DNA of 64,000 nt. It comes from Squalus acanthias (taxonomy: Eukaryota). Shown here one piece after another: positions 47,613 through 58,357 of this stretch. The stretch spans positions 132,186,001 to 132,250,000 of the forward strand of contig CM059432.1 of NCBI GenBank assembly GCA_030390025.1, in the 5' to 3' direction. The first letter of the stretch is position 1; each line of letters opens with the position of its first letter. A model generated the notes under the pieces. It did not search any database. It was given only the letters and a program-made list of their open reading frames with translations, and was not told the DNA's origin. The position numbers and the translations under genes are program-made.

Positions 47613-48852
47613 CTAAGCAAATCTGGCCAAGATGAGTGCGTTCCTTGCATTCCGGGCAGCTATGGTCTCACTTAATGCTGCCGCTGGTTGAGGGGCCTCT
47701 GCAAGTTGTTTGTTCTCTCTCTCCTCCTCCTCCTCCACCTCCTCCTCCTCCTCATCTGAGGAGGCTATGTGAGGAGCCACTTGGTCCTCCGGCATCTGTA
47801 AGCCACGACGCTGTGCCATGTTGTGAAGTGCACAGCAAACCACGACGATTCTGGAGACCCTGGTTGCTGAGTATTGCAGGGCTCCACCTGATCTATCCAG
47901 GCATCTGAAGCGCATCTTCAGCATACCGATGGTTTGCTCGATTATGGCTCTGGTGGAAATGTGGCTGGAGTTGTAGCTCTCCTCAGCTGCGTTGGATGGG
48001 CTCCTCAACGGTGTCATTAGCTACGTCTTCAGGGGATAGCCCTTGTCTCCAAGTAGCCATCCGTGAAGTTGGTCTGGCGGACTGAATAGCGGAGGCACAC
48101 TAGACTGGTGCAGTATGAAGGAGTCATGGCAACTGCCAGGGTACTTGGCACAAACATGCAGAACTTCCTTCTTGTGGTCACACACCAGCTGAATGTTGAG
48201 GGAGTGGAAGCCCTTGCGGTTGACAAAAATACCTGGATTGCGATGGGGTGCCTTAAGGGCCACATGTGTGCAGTCAACGAAAGCCTGCCAGATTAGCTAA
48301 TCCAACCGCACGCGCTGTGACACTTGCTCGATCCTTGGTGAAATGGATGTGATTGTGCGCGATGGCAAAGAGGGCATCGGTTACCTGCGTGATGCAGGTG
48401 TGTGCGGCCGCCTGGGAGATGCCGCTGATGTCTGCTGCTGATCCCTGGAATGAGCCTGAGGCAAAAAAGTTGAGTGTGGTGGTGACTTTGACAGCCACTG
48501 GTAAGGGGTGTCCACCTGGTCCTCTGGGCTCCAGGTCTTGTTGCAGCATTGCGCAGATGTCACCCACTACCTCTCGCGAAAGTCGGAGCCGCCTTTGGCA
48601 CTGCTGCTCAGACATGTTGAGGTAGCTGACCCTGTGTCTGTAGACCCTGTTTGGGGGGTATCTCCTGCGCCGACGGCCTTCCATGCGCTGGTACCTTCTG
48701 GCCTGTGCAGCTTCAGGCGGGTGAGCAGCAGCTTGGCGCTCCTGCTGTTGCTGCTGCTGTTGGTGCTGCTGTTGTTCATGGTTCTGCTGGTGCCGCGGCT
48801 GGTGTTCGTCCTCATCTGATGCCCAGGAGGGAAGGAAATAAATGGCTCCCAT
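47613..48852 (-). pseudogene. Harbinger (HARBI1-like) DDE transposase, inactivated
   Basis: ATG at 48852 (MGAIY); DCTH, GDKGY and IIEQT triad motifs; small frameshifting deletion near 48278 and in-frame TAG at 48021-48023. Confidence 0.92.
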
Positions 48853-49513
48853 GCCTCTGGTATATGCCTCAGTTGAGGAAGCGCTCAATGAGGGTGGCGA
48901 GAGGGGTTTCCCAGGAGGTCACACTGGAGATGGGTGTCAGGCTCCAAACTTCCAGAGCTGTGGTTATGCCTTCTAAAAGTTCCCCCAGACCTGTGACAAC
49001 AAAGTCCTGCCACCTGCAAATGATGGCTGATCAAATCTCCTATTTAATGGTTGAGCTGCAGCTGAGAGTCAGCAATCCACTTGTGCTCCCGCCAGGTTTC
49101 ACTGGCGTGTTTCAGATCAGGCGTGCTTCACGTGGGAAAAGGGTTAAACTAGCTAAAAACGATCAAAATGGCATTACAGTGCCAATTTAGGGCTTGTTAA
49201 GGGCATTAATGGCCTCTCCCGCCTCTTGGAGGTGGGACGGAGACGGGACCAGCAGACACGATTTCATCAAAATTGCGTGGAGGCAGGATGGAGGCGGGAT
49301 CAGGCCCGCCCGCCAGTTTCTGCAATTTTAACCCCACACACGCCTCCAATCCCGCCTCAACGACCCTATGAAAATCCAGCCCTATGAGTCTAACAACAAC
49401 AACGTGTATTTATATAGCGCCTTTATTGCAGTAAAAAGTCCCAAACAAAACTTGACACCGAGCCACATAAGGAGATAATAGGACGGGTGAACAAAAGTTT
49501 GGTCAAAGAGTTA

Positions 49514-50258
49514 GGGGGGAAAATTCGGTTGCTTTGCATCTCCCGTTAGCACCCTCTTAGGGCGCTAACGGGGCGCAAAGTAACTAGCGCCTGGGCGCGG
49601 TGCCGCCAACGCCTCCCGCGAAATTCAGCGGGAGGTTAGTGGCGGCGGTAACCATTAGCGCCCCGTGGCGCTGCGCCGCCAGCGATGACGTCATTGCCCT
49701 GCGCAGCGCCCTGCTCGTGCCCCGGCCACGATCTTCGGTAGTGCCCCCTGACTTACCGCTGGACGTTATGTCCGACGGGGTCAGGGGGCCTACCTGCGGA
49801 CGGGGCGGCGCTATTTAAAGGCGAGGTGCCGGGCGGCCATTTTTGTTGCTGGCTGCCTGCCAGCACCTGCCTCCGCAGCCGTCCCCGGTCTCCTGACCCG
49901 CCCCCCCCCCCCCGCGGAGTGCCGGCTGCACTCCATGAGCCCGGCACTTCTCTTGAGTGCCGGGCTATTTTGCCAGCACTCTGATCCCGGTGGCCCAGCT
50001 GGGCCCTGGATCGCGCTGCACAAGGCCCCTCTCCTTTAAGAAGGGGAGGAAGGCCTGCAATACCGCGGCACATAGCGCCGCGATATTCCCTCGCAGCGCC
50101 CCAAGAGGGAGGCGGGGCGCTTCCAGTAGCGCCCCACTTCCCTCTTGGGGCGCTACCACTCAATTTCGGCTGCGGGGGCGCTAATTTTTCCGGGGCGCTA
50201 GAAATAGCGCCCTGGCGAAGTTAGCGCCCCGGGGGCGGCACGACTCAATTTCTCCCCC
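49514..50258. mobile_element. Harbinger-type MITE (GC-rich family) inserted in an L2 3' end
   Basis: Termini GGGGGGAAAATT / AATTTCTCCCCC; TTA TSD; L2 sequence on both sides (about 49392-49510 and 50262-50512). Confidence 0.85.
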
Positions 50259-51408
50259 TTAGTTTTTAAGGAGTGACTTAAAGGAGGAAAGAGAGGTAGA
50301 GCGGCGGAGCGGTTTAGGGAGGGAATTCCAGAGCTTAGGGCCGTGGCAGCTGAAGGCACGGCCGCCAATGGTGGAGCGATTAAAATCAGGGATGTGCAAG
50401 AGGCCAGAATTGGAGGAGCGCAGAGATCTCGGACGGTTGCAGGGCTGGAGGAGGTTACAGAGGTAGGATAGGGCGAGGGATTGGAAAACAAGGATGAGAA
50501 TTTTAAAATCGTATGCAATCTTGTTTCCACGGTTAATCTTTGGACTCTCCTTTAACAATGTTTTAACATTCACAAATAATTGCTGTTAAATCCTGAGCGC
50601 AAGGTTATCATTGGAAACACCCTTGAGTAATTGCAGCTTCAGCAACTCCAGTTGTTTCATTGAGCTAGCAATGCAGTGTAATCTCACAGTGTTATTTATG
50701 GATTGTGGGTGGGTATCACTATATGGCACTGCCCAACCATTTAATAAAGAGCCTTTGGCCCCATTTGCACAATGAGTAAGTACACCAGTCAACTAAGACT
50801 GCAGCTTGGCAGCATCTTAGAATAGGAATGTTTGAAGGGCACGGCCCTTCAGCATAGAATGAGCCTGGAGAGCACTCCTGCTCCTTAAGCTTCATAATAA
50901 AATCTACATGCAGAGGCACTGGGCGGTCATCCAAAGTTAAGTTTTGTCATCACATCTAACCTGTAAAAAAAAAAGACAACTTAATACTGAGCCAAAATTA
51001 ACACAGGACCGAGTTCAAGCCGAATGACCTGGATTTGTTGGATCCAATTCATATTCCTTCCTCTGTGTTCCTGGACTGGATTTTCCTCATTAGTGCCGGA
51101 AATGCACTAGAACTGTTCTTTTAACAAAAAAAAGCTTTTTTTTGTTCTTAAACCCGCCGGTGTTATACGACCAATAACCCAGTGAACCTTCAGTATATAT
51201 TCACGGTGCCCTCCATAAACTGTTCACCTCTTGGAGCGGAGCGGGGAGGGGAATCCAGTGCTGCTGTTGGAGCAACTGAAAGGCTTAAGGCAGCCATTTT
51301 GTGACTGTAATCATGTGACTCAATGCAGTGTCTGAGGCTGGTGCTTCTTCAGGAGACCAAGTGCACAATGTTAAAGACTCTTCAGCTAAGGTGTTACTGT
51401 CTGTAATC

Positions 51409-51854
51409 GTGATGTGGAGATGCCGGTGTTGGACTGGGGTGGACAAATGTGAGAAGTCGCACAACACCAGGTTATAGTCCAACAGCTTTATTTGAAATCA
51501 CAAGCTTTCGGAGCACCGCTCCTTCGTCAGGTGAAGTGAAGAGATGCATATAGGCACCGCATATATAGTCAGAGAACACTGCCAGACGATTACAGTTAAT
51601 CTTTCTAACTGCCCTTTATCACACCTCGGCAGAGAGATAATCACGGCAATCAAAGGTATGGATGGTGTCCAAACAGGTCAGTCAGGAAAACATTACATCA
51701 AATGAGGTGGGGTCACAAGGGGTCAAATGTGGCAGATGCTGGGGTCTGTATGGAAAACAAAAAACTTATTTTGCTGGAAATCACAGCAGGTCCGGCTTGT
51801 GATTTCAAATAAAGGTGTTGGACTATAACCTGGTGTTGTGCGACTTCTCACATT
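51409..51854. mobile_element. Penelope family-B inverted insertion containing a piece of another Penelope-like family
   Basis: 11-bp TSD TGTCTGTAATC (51398-51408 / 51855-51865); B(-) 51409 to about 51715, A-like(-) about 51720-51794, B(+) 51795-51854. Confidence 0.78.
51498..51534 (-). ncRNA. Minimal type-I hammerhead ribozyme, family B
   Basis: Reverse strand TCAC-CTGACGA-A-GGAGC(GGT)GCTCC-GAA-AGCT-T-GTGA; only the stem-II loop differs from 33406-33442. Confidence 0.78.
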
Positions 51855-51926
51855 TGTCTGTAATCCAGCAAAGGAAGAGCCTGTTTAGGCCCCAATGGAA
51901 GGAGGTGGCAATCACTCCCATTAATA

Positions 51927-52232
51927 GGGGCAACACAGTGGCATAGTGGTTAGCACTGTTGCCTCACAGCGCCAGGGACCCGGGTTCGAATCCTGCCTCG
52001 GGTGACTGTCTGTGTGGAGTTTGCACATTCTCCCCGTGTCTGCGTGGGTTTCCTCTGGGTGCTCCGGTTTCCTCCCACAGTCCAAAGATGTGCGGGTTAG
52101 GTTGATTTGGCTATGATAAATTGACCCTTAGTGTTAGGGGGATTAAATACGTGGGCATAGGGTGGGATATGTGTCGGTGCAGGCTCGATGGGCCGAAATG
52201 GCCTCCATCTGCACTGTGGGGATTCTGTGATA
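51927..52232 (+). mobile_element. HE1-type V-SINE
   Basis: Near-identical to 29632-29945; B box GGTTCGAATCC. Confidence 0.88.
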
Positions 52233-52349
52233 CCTTCTGAAACCTGGGTTGCATTCCATACTCTCTCTACTTCTTCCTTAAAGGGCAAATGGCCCACAGC
52301 CAGAGATAAGGAAATACCACCTCCATCCCCACAAGGCTCTCGATGCAAT

Positions 52350-53462
52350 CATAAGAACATAAGAACATAAGAAATAGGAGCAGGAGTAGGCCAATTGGCC
52401 CCTCGAGCCTGCTCCGCCATTCAATAAGATCATGGCTGATCTGATCCTAACCGCCAATCTACTATCACAGAACCATCTCCTGAACCTAACAGAATTGGAC
52501 ACACGAAATAGGAGCAGGATCAGGCTACATGGCCCCTGGGCCCGCTACGCTACCCACAGGGCCATGACCGATCCGAACCTAGACTCATGTCCAAATTCCT
52601 GCCCGCTCCCCGTAACCCTTAATTCCCTTTACTTCTAGGAAACTGTCTATTTCTGTTTTAAATTTATGTAATGATGTACCTTCTACAGCTTTTTGGGGCA
52701 GCATATTCCATGGACTTACCACCCTCTGAGTGAAGTAGTTCCTTCTCATCTCAGTTTTGAAAGAGCAGCCCCTTATTCTAAGACTATGCCCCCTAGTTCT
52801 AGTCTCACCCGTCATCGGGAACATCCTCCCCGCATCCACCCGATCCAACCCCTTCACAATCTTATATGTTTCAATAAGATCGCCTCTCATTCTTCTGAAC
52901 TCCAATGAGTAGAGTCCCAATCTACCCAACCTCTCCTCATATGTCCATCCCCTCATCCCCGGGATTAACCGAGTGAACCTTCTTTGTACTGACTCGAGAG
53001 CAAGTATGTCTTTTCTTAAGTATGGACACCAAAACTGTATGCAGTATTCCAGGTGCGGTCTCACCAATACCTTGTACAACTGAAGCAATACCTCCCTATT
53101 TTTATATTCTATCCCCCTAGCAATGAAAGCCAACATTCCATTGGCTTTCTTAATCACTTGCTGCACCTGCATACTAACCTTTTGAGTTTCGTGCACCAGG
53201 ACCCCCAGATCCTTTGTACTTCAGTACTTTCCAGTTTCTTGCCATTAAGATAATAACTTGCTCTACTATTTTTGCTGCCAAAGTGCATAACCTCACACTT
53301 TCCAGTATTGTATTCCATCTGCCAAATCTCTGCCCACTTACTTAGCCTGTCTATGTCCCCTTGCAGGTTTTTTATGTCCTCCTCACTCACTACTTTCCCT
53401 CCCATCTTAGTATCATCTGCAAACTTTGAATTGTTACACTCGGTCCCCTCCTCCAAATCATC
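52350..53462 (-). mobile_element. CR1 LINE 3' region (two tails joined)
   Basis: ORFs 53154-53468 (SKFADD) and 52585-53196 (LVRPHLEYC); (CATAAGAA)n tail. Confidence 0.9.
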
Positions 53463-53517
53463 AGACAACCATCTCCGATCCTCCTCCTGCTATAGAAGAG
53501 CCAGGAGTAAAAAATAA

Positions 53518-53898
53518 AAGACTTGCATTTATATAGCACCTTTTACGATGTCCCAAATCATTTTACAGCCAATGAAATGCTTTTGAAGTGTAGTCACAGT
53601 TTTAATGTAGCAAAGCCAATTTACGCACAGCAAGCTGCCACAAACAGCAATGAGATAAATGACCAGATAATCTGTTTTAGTGCTGTTGATTGAGGAATGA
53701 ATATTGGCCAGGACACTGGGGAGAACTTCTCTGCTCTTCTTCAAAATAGTGCCATGGGATCGTTTACATCTACCTGAGAGAACAGACAGGACCTCCGACT
53801 GTGCATTGAAGTACCAGCCTGGATTATTTGGTCTGGGAGTGGGAATAGAACCCACACCCTTACGGACTCAGAGACGAGAGTGCTGCCACTGAGCCATG
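53518..53898 (-). mobile_element. SacSINE1/Deu-type SINE
   Basis: Reverse-complement match to 59102-59538. Confidence 0.8.
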
Positions 53899-54487
53899 GT
53901 GGCCTTAAACAGTAGGAAGTTTGTCAGACTAGTTGCCAGTGAGATGTCTTTGTCATTGACAGGCTATGCGTAGAGTGATTTGGAGCAAGGTGTAGGAATA
54001 ACCTCATAAAGAGTAGAGTATTGATTTCCAAATGGGAGCCTCGGTAGTTTTGCAGGAGAGCTATATGTCAGCCAGCAACTGAGTTCAGTTTGCTGATAAA
54101 GGTGACATGATTACTCGACTCGATCACCAGTGGTTGCCCTGGCAGCAAAAACATGTCCTAAATCGTATTTCAACAACTGATTTAAAGCGGCCTTTTGATC
54201 GAGTAAAGGCGACCATGAGGACAGGACATGCTCGGCAGTTACCTCAGATCTTACTCAGCTGAAGGTCTCCCATGTGAGCTGTTTGGCAGCTGACACGACT
54301 CAGTCTTTGCTCCGCGAGGGCGCACAGACTGCTGAAGCATGGCCGAGGGTCACGGCGAGGTCGCCCACCTGCGCCTGCAGGCAGGGTGGTGTGGTTAGCA
54401 AGGTGGCCTCTGCTTCCGGCAGATTCAGTGTGGAAAGGAAGGGAAATGCAGCTCTGCAGCAAGCCCCGGCCACCTGCTATCTTTTCC

Positions 54488-54524
54488 AGTTCTGACGAAA
54501 GGTCTTCAACCTGAAACGTTAACT
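54488..54524 (+). ncRNA. Minimal type-I hammerhead ribozyme, family A (within Penelope remnant 54480-54620)
   Basis: AGTT-CTGACGA-A-AGGT(CTTCA)ACCT-GAA-ACGT-T-AACT. Confidence 0.65.
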
Positions 54525-54827
54525 CTGTTTCTCTCTCCACGGATGCTGCCTGGCCTGCTGAGTTTTTCCAGCGTTTTCTGTTGTTATTTCGGATTTCCAG
54601 CATCCGCAGTATTTTGCTATGGATTTAGAAATGACTGATTACAAACATTGATGGTGCAATATTTATTTTCAGGGGGAAGGAGGGACATGTCCCCCAGAAC
54701 AGTTTGATTCTTGACACTTTCCACAGTCCATTTTCTAGGATTTGGGTGTCTGCTGTGACTTGGCCTTTCAAGCGATAAACAATTTATCTTGGAAAGTTTA
54801 CAGGCATTTCAAATATGTAACTAAAAG

Positions 54828-54938
54828 GGGGTAATTTTTTGTCTTCACCGCATGATTGGTCGCCTGACGGAGCGGATCGCCTGCCCATTGTAGAACCGCC
54901 TGATTCCATCCGGTGCGGTGGAGACCAAAATTCACCCC
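54828..54938. mobile_element. 111-bp Harbinger-type MITE
   Basis: About 25-bp imperfect TIR GGGGTAATTTTTTGTCTTCACCGCA / TGCGGTGGAGACCAAAATTCACCCC; AAG TSD. Confidence 0.75.
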
Positions 54939-55081
54939 AAGTAGTTGTACATCGCATCTTACAGCACAGAAGGAGGGCATTCGGCCCATCGTGCCTGTGC
55001 TGGCTCTCTGAAAGAGCTGTCCAATTAGTCCCACTCTCCTGCTCTTTCCACACATCCCTGGAAATTTTTCCTCTTCAAGTA

Positions 55082-57770
55082 CAGTGAAACCTGTAGAAAC
55101 AGACACGCCCAAAAATGGACACCTGCAAAAAGGGGACGCTTATTGACAGTCCCAAATAACTCACATCGTAACAGACACAAGAGGCACGCTGAAACCACGG
55201 ACACTCGCAAATTACCAACTACAGCCAGCCGTCAATTCACCAAGCCCTTTTCCACTTTAAAACACGGGACACAGCCTGACGTCACACTTTAAAATGTTCA
55301 AAGTACGCACTGTATCTGAGTCTGAAATTCCTGATGGCTGATGGATTGTCACGGCATTTCTGTTTGTCCCTGCCTGTATCAGAGTTTGAATCCCCCATGG
55401 TTGCTGTCAGTACGTACAATGACCATTTTAAAAATAAGGACATCTGATGCCATCCCTTACATAGAATATGCAGCACAGAAACTGGTCATTCAGCCCAACC
55501 AGCCCATGCCGGCGTTTATGCTCCACTCGCGCCTCCTCCCATCTTTCCTCATCTAACTCTATCAGTATAACCCTCTATTCCCTTCTCCCTCATCTGCTTA
55601 TCTAGCTTCCCCTTAAATGCATCTATACTATTTGCTTCAACCACTCCCTGTGGTAGCGAGTTCCACATTCTCACCACTCTTTGGGTAAAGAAGTTTCTTC
55701 TGAATTCCCGATTTGATTTCTTGGTCACTATCTGATATTGATGGCCTCTAGTTTAGCTCTTCCCCACAAGTGGAAACTGGATTTTAACTAGGAGGTGGGG
55801 AGGGTTGGATTATGGTCGGGAAACCTGGAAGAACGGGTTTCCCTCAGGCGCTGCCGAATTTAACGGTTAGGATTTTTTTTCTCTGTTTCCTGGTCACAGC
55901 CAGCCAGAGTGAGAGGCTGACTGGCTGTCGGGTGGGTAGGCCGTTGGCACAAGGCCGCAGCTGAGGAGCGGAGAGGAGGGAGGGATTGGAGGCTGGGGGC
56001 GGGGGGGGCATGGTGGTTGGAGATCAGAGGCTTGGGGGGGGGGGGGAGGCTGGGTGGGGGTTCGGAGAAAGAAAGAAAGACTTGCATTTATATAGCGCCT
56101 TTCACGACCACCGGACGTCTCAAAGCGCTTTACAGCCAATGAAGTATTTTTGAAGTGGAGTCACTGTTGTAATGTAGGAAACGCGGCAGCCAATTTGCGC
56201 ACAGCAAGCTCCCACAAACAGCAAGTGTGATAATGACCAGATAATCTGTTTTTGTTTATGTTGGTTGAGGGATAACTAGTGGCCAGGACACCAGGGATAA
56301 CTCCCCTGCTCTTCTTCGAAATAGTTCCATGGGATCTTTTACATCCACCTGAGAGAGCAGACGGGGCCTCGGTTTAAGATCTCATCCGAAAGACAGCACC
56401 CTCCGACAGTGCAGCACTCCCTCAGCACTGCACTGGAGTGTCAGCGTAGCTTTATATGCTCAAGTCCCTGGAGTGGGACTTGAACCCACAACCTTCTGAC
56501 TCAGAGGCAAGTGTGCTACCCACTGAGCCACAGCTGATACTGAGGCAGGTGGGGGGTTGGAAATTGGAGGCCTGAGGGATTGGAGGCCGGGGGGGGGGGG
56601 GCGGGGGGGTGGGGGGGGGTCGGACGCCGGGCGGTGGGTGGTAAATCGGTGACCAGGGGGGTGGGAGATCAGAGGCCTTGGTGTGAGATCGGAAGCCTCG
56701 GGGGTGAGATCGGAAGCCTCGTGGGGGAGGTCGGAGGCCTTGTGGGGCAGGTCAGGGGGAAATCGGATGGGTCGGGGGGGTGTTCGATCGCGGGGGTTGG
56801 CGAGGCAGGTACGCTGAATCCAGCAGGTAAGTGGAAAGGCACTTACCTCGTGGCTCCAGCAGTCTTCACCTCCCTTTAGCCGACGGGTTTCCCGAGGCCT
56901 GGGAAACCCGGCCAGCCAGAGTTAAATTTGACATTGTGGATTTTAATGAGGCTCGCCCCCCGTCCCGCCTATGTTTAACCTGGAAGTGACGGATTGCATG
57001 TGGGTTGGAACCTCCTACCCGACCCAAACCTGCCCGTTTATTGGAGTTAAATTCCTTCCACTCTCTCTCTGTCTACTGTATCAAAACCGTTCATAATTTT
57101 AAAGACCACTATTAGGTCACCCCCTCAGCACTCTCTTTTCAAGAGAAAAATGACCCAGCCTGTTCATCCTTTCCTGATAGGTACAAGCTCGCATTTCTGG
57201 TATCATCCTTGGAAATCTTTTTTGCACCCTTTCCAGTGCCTCTTTATCCTTTTTATAATATGGCAACCAGAATTGTACACAGTATAAGTGTGGTCTAACC
57301 AAGGTTCGATACAAGTTTAGCATAACTTCTCTACTTTTCAATTCTATCCCTCTCGTAATAAACCCTAGTGCTTGGTTTGCTTTTTTTATGGCCTTATTAA
57401 CCTATGTCGCAACTTTTAGTGATTTGTGTATTTGTACTCCCAGATCCCTTTGCTCCTCTACCCCATTTAGAATCTTATTTTCAAAGTGATATGTGACCTC
57501 CTTATTTTTCTTACCAAAATGTAATACCTCACACTTATCTATGTTGAAATTCATTTGCCAAGTATATGCCATTCCTGCAAGATTATCAATGTCTTCTTGT
57601 AATTTGTTGCAGTCCTCCTCAGTATTGACTATCCCCCCAATTTGGTGTCGTCTGCAAATTCAGAAATTATGTTTTTGATTCCAAAGTCTAAATCGTTAAT
57701 ATAAATTGTGAACAACGTTGGTCCCAACACTGATCCATAATTAGGTGTCTATAATTTACAGGTTTCACTG
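55082..57770. mobile_element. Tc1/pogo-type MITE split by nested CR1, Harbinger MITE and SINE
   Basis: TIR CAGTGAAACCTGTA / TACAGGTTTCACTG, TA on left and TG on right; contains CR1(-) about 55460-55776 plus 57060-57737, Harbinger MITE about 55777-57058 and SINE(-) 56066-56538. Confidence 0.75.
56066..56538 (-). mobile_element. Full-length SacSINE1/Deu-type SINE
   Basis: A/B boxes, central domain and L2-like tail GAAAGGCGCTATATAAATGCAAGTC(TTTC)n on the reverse strand. Confidence 0.88.
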
Positions 57771-58280
57771 TGTTGTATATATATATAATTCCCTTTTGAA
57801 AGTTACTATTGAATCTGCTTCCACCACCTTTTCATGCAGTGCATTGCAGGAACAGGAGAAGGTCATTCAGACCCTCGAGCCTATTCCACTATTCAATTAG
57901 ATCATGGCTTATTTGTACCAAAACTTCACTTACCCGCCTTTGATCCCTATCCCTTGATATCCTTACCTTATTAAAAATTTGTCAATCTCAGTCTTGAAAA
58001 TTTCAATTGAGCCAGCATCTACAGTCTTTTCGGGGAGAGAATTCCAGATTTCCGCTACCCTTTGCGTGAAGAAGTGCTTCCTGATTTCACTCTTGAATGG
58101 CCTAGCTCTAATTTTGTTTTGGATTTCCCCCCCCACCCCCCCGCCCCAGAGGAAATAGCTTCTCTCTAGCAAATCCTTTTATCATTTTAAACATCTCAAT
58201 TAGATCATCCCTCAACCGTCTAAACTCAAATGTGAGAAGTCGCACAACACCAGGTTATAGTCCAACAGCTTTATTTGAAA

Positions 58281-58317
58281 TCACAAGCTTTCGGAGCGCT
58301 GCTCCTTCGTCAGGTGA
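58281..58317 (-). ncRNA. Minimal type-I hammerhead ribozyme, family B
   Basis: Exact reverse complement of 33406-33442. Confidence 0.78.
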
Positions 58318-58322
58318 AGTGA

Positions 58323-58357
58323 ACCTGATGAAGGAGCAGCGCTCCGAAAGCTTGTGA
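58323..58357 (+). ncRNA. Family-B hammerhead core with stem I clipped by the inversion junction
   Basis: AC-CTGATGA-A-GGAGC(AGC)GCTCC-GAA-AGCT-T-GTGA; N7 is U rather than C. Confidence 0.6.

Larger units (their letters stand above)
45154..49382. mobile_element. Near full-length two-gene PIF/Harbinger DNA transposon (4.2 kb)
   Basis: TIRs GGGCTGGATTTTGATA / TATGAAAATCCAGCCC (15/16); convergent Myb/SANT-like gene (+) and DDE transposase (-); flanks TGA / TAT, so TSD is not intact. Confidence 0.93.

Noticed and set aside
47613..48852. Domesticated HARBI1 gene
   Set aside because: Lies within TIRs beside a Myb-like partner, has a stop and a frameshift, and has several related copies in the window.
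38682..49382. Possible 10.7-kb composite Harbinger bounded by the outer TIRs
   Set aside because: Flanks (AAA versus TAT) give no TSD and the inner element has its own left TIR at 45154; independent insertions are simpler.
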